From Longimicrobiales bacterium (lineage in GTDB: Bacteria; Gemmatimonadota; Gemmatimonadetes; Longimicrobiales; Gaopeijiaceae), in contig OZ220732.1 in NCBI GenBank assembly GCA_965116905.1, positions 2,720,001-2,784,000 of the forward strand: a stretch of DNA of 64,000 bases, read 5' to 3'. The number at the start of each line of letters is the position of its first letter. Position 1 is the first letter of the stretch. Shown here one piece after another: positions 57,840-64,000 of this stretch. A model generated the notes under the pieces. The model made no database searches, was not told where the DNA came from, and was given only the letters and a program-made list of their open reading frames with translations. The position numbers and the translations under genes are program-made.

Positions 57840-59624
57840 ATGCGAAATCCGTACATGAAGACCCCTCATACCGACCCGGGCCGGCACGTTTCCCGGGAGG
57901 CTCTCAATGCAGCGCTGCTCATCGACTTCGACAACGTCACGATGGGCATGCGCAGCGATCTGGCCAAGGAACTGAAGAACCTCCTCGACTCGGACATCAT
58001 CAAGGGCAAGGTGACGGTGCAGCGGGCCTATGCCGACTGGCGCCGGTATCCGCAGTACATCGTCCCCCTTTCGGAAGCCTCGATCGATCTCATCTTTGCG
58101 CCCGCCTACGGCAGTTCGAAGAAGAACGCGACCGACATCCGGATGGCGATCGACGGCATAGAACTGGTTTTCATCCGGCCCGAGATCGGCACATTCATCC
58201 TCCTCACGGGGGACTCCGACTTCTCCAGCCTCGTCCTGAAGCTGAAGGAGTACGGGAAGTACGTGATCGGGATCGGGATCCAGGAATCGAGCTCCGACAT
58301 CCTCGTCCAGAACTGCGACGAATACTACTCGTACACCGCGCTCACGGGCCTCAGCCGCACATCCGAGCACACCACCGGGGCGCCCGACGCCTGGCAGTGC
58401 GTGGAGGAAGCGGTCGCGCAGATGGTCTCCCGTGGCGACGTGATGCGCTCCGATCGCCTCAAGCAGGTCATCATGGAGATGTCGCCCACATTCGACGAGA
58501 GGAACCTGGGCTTCAAGAAATTCTCCAAGTTCCTCGTCGAAGCGGCGAATCGGGGGTTGCTGAACATCGAGCGGGGAGAAAACGGCCAGTACCACATCGC
58601 GCCCCGCAAAGATGCGCCAGCGTCGAAGGGCGCGGTCGCCCCTTCCAGGGACTCCGCGGGCAACGGCGAGGATCAGCGCAAGCGCACGAGGCGGTCGTCG
58701 CCGGCGCGACGGCCCGCGGGCCGGGGAGCCCGGGGCACGGATTCGCGCGGAGGGAGTCAGGTAGCCCAGGCGGTGCGGGAGCCGGCGGCAAAGCAGCCCG
58801 GCCGCCCCACGTTGGATCCGGCTCCTTCGCTGGACCTGCTCAGGCGGGCCGTGCTGGAGCTCGGCGGCAAGCAGCAGGGGGGCGTGCGCGACTCCGACGT
58901 GAAGCGTCGAATGCTGGCGATCGACAGGAACTTCTCGGAATCGGCGCACGGCTTCGGCAAATTCAGCAAGTTCCTTCGCTACGCCGAGAAGCAGGGTGCC
59001 GTGAGGCTCGACCGGGCCAGGGATGGAAGCTACTCGATCGCGCTGGTGAAGCCTCGGCAGGAGCCGGCCGCCGCCCCGTTCGACCCCAAGGCACTCGGGC
59101 TGCCCGTAACGGAGGGATCCATCAAGAGCTATCTCGCCAACCGGTACAAGGGCGTGGGGGTCAAGACGGCCGAGCGGCTGGTCGAGGCGTTCGGCAGCGA
59201 TGTCTTCACGGTCCTGCACCGTCAGCCGGACCGTGTAAGGAAGACTGTTCGTGCTCGCGCCAACAGCGTCATGGAGGCCTGGGAGGGCGATTACAAACGG
59301 AGAAGCGCCGCTCTGGAGCGGTCGAAGGCCGCCTCGGGATCCGGACGGTCGGCGAGTCAGGCCGGCACCTCGCCCCCCCGGTCGTCGGGGAGCGCGCCGA
59401 AGCGACCGCAGGACAAGCCGTCCGGCGGTGCGGGCCGGGGGAGTTCGACGGCAGATGGCGGGAAGTCTGCCGCTGGTGGCGCGAAGCCTGCCGCTGGTGG
59501 CGCGAAGCCTGCCGCTGAGGGCGGGAAGTCTGCCGCGGGCGACGGGAAACCGGCACGGTCGGGTCTGATGGGACTGTTCCGTCGCGGTCGCCGTCCCCGT
59601 GAAGGTGCCGGCCAGAAGCGCTGA
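57840..59624 (+). CDS. NYN-domain protein with two LOTUS/OST-HTH domains and a RecD2-type HhH domain
   Basis: LIDFDN, KNATDIRMAID, TGDSDF; FDERNLGFKKFSKFL and FSESAHGFGKFSKFL; SYLANRYKGVGVKTAERLVEAFG. Confidence 0.85.
   Translation: MRNPYMKTPHTDPGRHVSREALNAALLIDFDNVTMGMRSDLAKELKNLLDSDIIKGKVTVQRAYADWRRYPQYIVPLSEASIDLIFAPAYGSSKKNATDIRMAIDGIELVFIRPEIGTFILLTGDSDFSSLVLKLKEYGKYVIGIGIQESSSDILVQNCDEYYSYTALTGLSRTSEHTTGAPDAWQCVEEAVAQMVSRGDVMRSDRLKQVIMEMSPTFDERNLGFKKFSKFLVEAANRGLLNIERGENGQYHIAPRKDAPASKGAVAPSRDSAGNGEDQRKRTRRSSPARRPAGRGARGTDSRGGSQVAQAVREPAAKQPGRPTLDPAPSLDLLRRAVLELGGKQQGGVRDSDVKRRMLAIDRNFSESAHGFGKFSKFLRYAEKQGAVRLDRARDGSYSIALVKPRQEPAAAPFDPKALGLPVTEGSIKSYLANRYKGVGVKTAERLVEAFGSDVFTVLHRQPDRVRKTVRARANSVMEAWEGDYKRRSAALERSKAASGSGRSASQAGTSPPRSSGSAPKRPQDKPSGGAGRGSSTADGGKSAAGGAKPAAGGAKPAAEGGKSAAGDGKPARSGLMGLFRRGRRPREGAGQKR
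59457..59540 (+). repeat. In-frame 21-bp tandem repeat x4 (GAKPAAG/GGKSAAG)
   Basis: Read directly from the sequence. Confidence 0.9.
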
Positions 59625-60225
59625 CGCCCGCGCGTCGAGCCACTGTCGGCCGGACTGGGGATACCTGGCCGGCGACACCGTCGCGGCGGCCCGCCGGCTG
59701 CTCGGCTGTACCCTGGTTTCGACCGTGGACGGCCTGGAGGCCAGCGGCCTGATCGTGGAGACCGAGGCCTATCTCGGACTGGATGACCCGGCCTCGCACG
59801 CCCACGCCTCCCGGGGCCGCACGCCGCGAAACGACGCCATGTTCACCGGCCTCGGCACCCTGTACGTGTACATCTCCTACGGGATCCACCACTGCGTGAA
59901 CGTGGTCACCGGAGAGGCGGGCGATCCGGCCGCGGTTCTCGTGCGGGCCCTGGAGCCCGCCAGCGGCCTGGACGCGATGGCCGAACGGCGCGGACGGGCC
60001 GCCGATCTGTGCAATGGACCGGGACGGCTCGCCCAGGCGCTCGGGGTTACGCTGCGGCACAACTACCACGACCTGGCCCGGCCGCCCATCCAGCTCGTGC
60101 GGGGCCCGGCCGTTCCAACCGCCGATGTCGGCAGCTCCGGCCGCATCGGGGTATCCCGGGCCTCCGACTGGCCGCTCAGGTTCTTTGTCCGCGGACACCC
60201 GGCGGTCAAGGCGCCGAGGTGGTAG
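59599..60225 (+). CDS. DNA-3-methyladenine glycosylase (MPG/AAG family)
   Basis: ARRLLG, IVETEAYLG, YVYISYGIH, VLVRALEP, NGPGRL, RIGVS. Confidence 0.92.
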   Translation: MKVPARSADARASSHCRPDWGYLAGDTVAAARRLLGCTLVSTVDGLEASGLIVETEAYLGLDDPASHAHASRGRTPRNDAMFTGLGTLYVYISYGIHHCVNVVTGEAGDPAAVLVRALEPASGLDAMAERRGRAADLCNGPGRLAQALGVTLRHNYHDLARPPIQLVRGPAVPTADVGSSGRIGVSRASDWPLRFFVRGHPAVKAPRW

Positions 60226-60234
60226 TTTAGGGAC

Positions 60235-61653
60235 ATGAGCGAACCAACCTGGATTACCCTGTTGCCGCCCCTCCTTGCGATCGGCCTGGCGATCGGTACC
60301 CGCCAGGTCTACCTGTCGCTCGCGGGAGGGCTGTGGCTGGCCTGGTCGATCCTCGCCGGCTGGGACTTCGGCACGGGACTGATGGACGCGGTGGCGTCCA
60401 CCGTCGGCGTGTTGGGAGATCCCGGCAACGCGCAGGTGATCATGTTCACGCTCGTGATGGGCGCCCTCATCGCCACGGTGGGATCGTCGGGCGGCGTCGC
60501 CGGGTTCGTGGGCTGGCTCGAACACAAGCGCTGGGTCACCAGCGGCCGCCGGGCGCAACTGCTGGCCTGGGTGATCGGCGTGATCATCTTCATCGAGTCG
60601 AACATTACGGTGCTGGTGGCCGGATCCGTGGCCCGGCCGCTCTTCGACCGCTACCGCAATTCCCGCGAAAAGCTGGCGTACCTGATCGATTCCACCAGCG
60701 CGCCGATCTGCATCCTCATCCCGCTGAACGCGTGGGGGGCGACCAACCTGCGCCTGCTCGCCGAGGCGGGCGTGCCCCAGACCGAGACGCTGTCCGTGTT
60801 CCTGCGGTCGATCCTGTTCAACTTCTACTCGTTCGCCGCCGTGGCCCTCGCGCTGGGGGTGGTGCTCCTCCGGATGGACTGGGGGCCGATGAAGCGGGCG
60901 GAGGCGCGGGCGGCCAAGGGCGAGGTCCTCTGGCCCGGAGCCACCCCGATGATGGATGAGGAGGTGCTCGGGCAGAACGTCGAGCCTCCGATCCGGCCCC
61001 GCGCGCTCAACATGGTGGTACCGATCGTGGTGCTCGTCGCGATGATGCCGGTCGGGCTGTGGATTACCGGCGGCGGGGATCTCGCCGCAGGGAACGGCTC
61101 GACATCGGTGCTGTGGGCCTCGCTGGCCGCGCTGACGGCCGCGTGGATCCTGCTGTTGTTCCAGAAGGCGTATTCGGTCGACGAACTGACGCGCATCGCA
61201 CTGCGCGGAGCCGGCGGCCTGGTGCCGCTCGCGGTGATCCTTCTCCTGGCGCTGGCGCTCGGCAGCGTGACGAGGACGCTGGGCACGGGCGACTACGTTG
61301 CCGCGGTGGTGCAGGGGACCCTGTCGCCCGGCGTCTTCCTCCCGCTGGTCTTCGTGGTCGCGTCCGCGATCGCGTTTTCCATCGGATCGAGCTGGGGAAC
61401 CTTTGCCATCATGATTCCCATCATCGTTCCGGCTGCGGGCGGCCTCGGGCTGGACCTGGCCCCGTTCCTCGCGGCGGCGCTCTCCGGAGGGATCTTCGGC
61501 GATCACTGCTCGCCGATCAGCGACACCACGATCATCTCGTCGATGGCAGCGGCCACGGACCATGTCGACCATGTGCGTACCCAGCTTCCCTATGCGCTCA
61601 CCGGCGGTGCCGTGGCCACGGTGTGCTTTGCGCTCGCGGGGGCGTTTCTGTAG
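60235..61653 (+). CDS. NhaC family Na+/H+ antiporter
   Basis: SREKLAYLIDSTSAP, GSSWGTFAIM, GDHCSPISDTT, HVRTQLPY. Confidence 0.9.
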   Translation: MSEPTWITLLPPLLAIGLAIGTRQVYLSLAGGLWLAWSILAGWDFGTGLMDAVASTVGVLGDPGNAQVIMFTLVMGALIATVGSSGGVAGFVGWLEHKRWVTSGRRAQLLAWVIGVIIFIESNITVLVAGSVARPLFDRYRNSREKLAYLIDSTSAPICILIPLNAWGATNLRLLAEAGVPQTETLSVFLRSILFNFYSFAAVALALGVVLLRMDWGPMKRAEARAAKGEVLWPGATPMMDEEVLGQNVEPPIRPRALNMVVPIVVLVAMMPVGLWITGGGDLAAGNGSTSVLWASLAALTAAWILLLFQKAYSVDELTRIALRGAGGLVPLAVILLLALALGSVTRTLGTGDYVAAVVQGTLSPGVFLPLVFVVASAIAFSIGSSWGTFAIMIPIIVPAAGGLGLDLAPFLAAALSGGIFGDHCSPISDTTIISSMAAATDHVDHVRTQLPYALTGGAVATVCFALAGAFL

Positions 61654-61662
61654 CGAGGCAGC

Positions 61663-62412
61663 GTGAATATCACCGTCTGCGTCAAGCGGGTTCCCGACAC
61701 GGAGACCCGGATCCGGATCACGGACGAAGGGAAGGACATCGCGCGTGACGGCGTGAAGTACGTGCTCAGTCCATACGACGAATTCGCGGTCGAGGCGGCG
61801 CTGCAGCTGGTCGAGCAGGCCGGTGCCGGCGAGGTCACGCTGCTCAGCTACGGCGATGCGGCCACGACCGAGTCGCTCCGGGCGGGCCTCGCGCTGGGTG
61901 CCCACCGTGCGGTGCTGTTGACGGGAGCTCCCTCGATGGACGGGTGGGCGACCGCACGCGTGCTCGCCTCGGAACTGACGGAAGGCGATGCGGCGCTGGT
62001 GCTCTTCGGGATCAAGGCGGTGGACGACGATCAGCAGCAGGTGGGTCCCATGGTGGCGGAGCTGTTGAAGCGGCCTTGCGCGACCTCGGTTGCGGCGATC
62101 GACGTTGCCGACGGAGTGGCGACCTGCCGCCGGGCGGTAGAGGGGGGGCAGGAAGTCGTCGAGATGGACCTCCCCGCCGTGGCCACGATCACCAAGGGCC
62201 GCTACGAGCCGCGGTATGCGTCCCTGCGCGGGATCATGATGGCGAAGCGCAAGCCGCTTACGGAAAAGGCGGCTCCGGCCGTGGAATCGGGACTTTCGGT
62301 CGAGGCGCTGAGCTATCCGCCCCAGAGGCCGGAAGGACGAATCGTGGGTGAGGGCCCCCAGGCCGCCGCCGAGCTGGTGCGGCTCCTGCGGGAGGAGGCC
62401 GGAGTACTCTGA
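61663..62412 (+). CDS. etfB: Electron transfer flavoprotein beta subunit
   Basis: VCVKRVPD, PYDEFAVEAAL, EPRYASLRGIMMAK. Confidence 0.94.
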   Translation: MNITVCVKRVPDTETRIRITDEGKDIARDGVKYVLSPYDEFAVEAALQLVEQAGAGEVTLLSYGDAATTESLRAGLALGAHRAVLLTGAPSMDGWATARVLASELTEGDAALVLFGIKAVDDDQQQVGPMVAELLKRPCATSVAAIDVADGVATCRRAVEGGQEVVEMDLPAVATITKGRYEPRYASLRGIMMAKRKPLTEKAAPAVESGLSVEALSYPPQRPEGRIVGEGPQAAAELVRLLREEAGVL

Positions 62413-63383
62413 TGGCGGACGTGCTTGCGGTAGCCGAGTCGAAGCAGGGAGTGCTTGCGGGGGTTTCGCGGGAAGCGGTCACGGTCGCACGCAGGATTGC
62501 GGACGAACTGGGCTGTGAGGTCGAGGCCGCCGCCACGGGTGCGCCGGCCGACGAGCTCGCGCGCTACGGTGCCGACCGGATCGTGCAACTGGCCGGTGAC
62601 GGTCTTTCGCCCGGCTACGCCGACGCCTGGGCCGCGGCTCTGGCCGGCCGGATCCGCGCGGGAGGCCATGCGGCCGTGGTCATCGCGGCCACGGCGACGG
62701 GCAAGGACCTCGCCCCCCGCGTTGCCGCGAAGCTGGGAACTCCGCTGCTGACGGACGTCACGGATGTCGCGGTGGACGCGGGCGGCGTCGTGGTCACGCG
62801 GCCGGTATTCGCCGGCAAGGCCCTGGCCCGGGTAAGGGCGCTTGAGGCACCCGCACTGATTTCCATCCGGCCCAACGTCTTCTCCGCGGCCGAGTCGCCG
62901 CGCGACGCGAGCCTGGAGACGGTCGTCACGGACATCTCGGATCGGGATTCCGGGTACCGGGTCGTCGGCTTCGAGGCGTCCCAGGGGGCATCCATCGATG
63001 TCAGCGAAGCCACGATCGTCGTGTCGGGCGGGCGCGGTCTCAAGGGTCCGGAGAACTGGCATCTGGTCGAGGACCTCAGGGACGCGCTCGGCGAATCCGC
63101 CGCGCTGGGCGCTTCGCGGGCGGTGGTCGACGCCGGCTGGCGGCCGCACTCCGAACAGGTGGGCCAGACGGGGAAGACCGTGACGCCCAAGCTCTACTTC
63201 GCGGTCGCGATCTCGGGGGCGATTCAGCACCTCGCCGGGATGCGCACCTCGGGCGTGATCGTGGCCGTGAACCGCGACGCCGACGCGCCGATATTCGGCG
63301 TCGCCGACTACGGCATCGTGGGTGACGCCTTCGAAGTCGTTCCGCAGCTGGCCGAAGCAATCCGCGAGCTGCGCGAAAGCTAG
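62412..63383 (+). CDS. etfA: Electron transfer flavoprotein alpha subunit
   Basis: VSGGRG, GASRAVVDAGW, QVGQTGK, ISGAIQHLAGM. Confidence 0.95.
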   Translation: MADVLAVAESKQGVLAGVSREAVTVARRIADELGCEVEAAATGAPADELARYGADRIVQLAGDGLSPGYADAWAAALAGRIRAGGHAAVVIAATATGKDLAPRVAAKLGTPLLTDVTDVAVDAGGVVVTRPVFAGKALARVRALEAPALISIRPNVFSAAESPRDASLETVVTDISDRDSGYRVVGFEASQGASIDVSEATIVVSGGRGLKGPENWHLVEDLRDALGESAALGASRAVVDAGWRPHSEQVGQTGKTVTPKLYFAVAISGAIQHLAGMRTSGVIVAVNRDADAPIFGVADYGIVGDAFEVVPQLAEAIRELRES

Positions 63384-63498
63384 CCGTCCTCGGACGGGAG
63401 CGGGTCCGCGGATCAAGCCACCCGAGCACCGAGAGTGGCGAGGTGTCTGCCGAGGCGAGGCGCCTGCTGCGAGTGAGCCTGCTGCGAGTGCGCCCCCT

Positions 63499-63939
63499 TC
63501 AGCGGCCCGAGGGACGGCCCAGCATCGCGACGGGGTCGACCTCGCGGCCCCACCGCCAGATCTCCAGGTGCAGGTGCGAGCCGCGCGAGTTCCCGGACTG
63601 CCCCGTCAGCCCGATCACCGTGGCCTTGGAGACCTCCTGGCCCACCTCGACGGAGATCTCGGAGAGGTGGGCGTATACCGTGATCACATCATCGGGGTGG
63701 TCGAGCCAGATCACCTGCCCGTAGCCGCTCATCGTGCCCGCAAACCGGACCCTCCCGGACAGGACGGGCCGGACCGGGGTCCCGTGCGCGACCGCGATGT
63801 CCACGCCGCGATGCAGATCCCCGACCACGCCTTCCATCCGCATGCCGTAGGGGGAACTCAGCGGGCCCTCGACCGGCCACTGGGGCGTCTGGCATGAGAT
63901 CAGGACGAGGGCCAGGAGCGCGGGGAGACTGCGTCTCAT
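63499..63939 (-). CDS. M23 family metallopeptidase, probable lipoprotein
   Basis: LISC lipobox, HRGVD, YAHLS, GSHLHLE. Confidence 0.9.
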   Translation of the reverse strand: MRRSLPALLALVLISCQTPQWPVEGPLSSPYGMRMEGVVGDLHRGVDIAVAHGTPVRPVLSGRVRFAGTMSGYGQVIWLDHPDDVITVYAHLSEISVEVGQEVSKATVIGLTGQSGNSRGSHLHLEIWRWGREVDPVAMLGRPSGR

Positions 63940-64000
63940 CGCGGACCGGGCAGCAGCATCACCGACACGGGTTCGTTCCTGCCGATCCGCGCGACGCCCT
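63936..64000 (-). CDS. 3' end of an upstream gene (GVARIGRNEPVSVMLLPGPR*), possibly a MoeA-like C-terminus
   Basis: TGA overlaps the M23 ATG; only about 20 codons are visible. Confidence 0.3.
   Translation of the reverse strand, partial: GVARIGRNEPVSVMLLPGPR

Overview
A high-GC, gene-dense bacterial chromosomal segment. The gene set suggests Gemmatimonadota/Longimicrobiales, but that is an inference. I found no CRISPR array, transposase, integrase or rRNA. It holds about 57 CDSs and one tRNA-Leu(CAA). (i) 0.6-15.2 kb, nitrogen/signalling block: an Amt ammonium transporter heads an operon with a circularly permuted ATP-grasp protein, an alpha-E protein, a transglutaminase and a TorF-like outer-membrane protein. 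Next is a GlnE homologue whose two nucleotidyltransferase motifs have each lost a catalytic Asp; it is co-oriented with RsbW/RsbV-like genes and divergent from a REC-PP2C phosphatase, a periplasmic binding protein and a TorS-like kinase. (ii) MATE, murB, an orphan ABC ATPase, a B12-domain/carboxyltransferase/AtuA acyl-CoA cluster, recQ, an acyl-CoA dehydrogenase, rng, rplU and rpmA. (iii) An unannotated ~370-nt, GNRA-tetraloop-rich element between a sigma70-like promoter and a strong terminator (about 29.2-29.57 kb); this is the best candidate for an undescribed ncRNA. (iv) An SSS transporter, a chorismate mutase and a paa/box-type lower beta-oxidation operon. (v) nfeD-floA, acnA, gltA, two S9 peptidases, a pyrimidine nucleoside phosphorylase, PBP1A, aroB, an adenylate-forming enzyme lacking its catalytic Lys, an NYN-LOTUS-LOTUS-HhH protein, MPG, NhaC, etfBA and an M23 peptidase. 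Short 15-22 bp tandem duplications recur throughout. All family calls come from motif recognition by eye, not from database searches.
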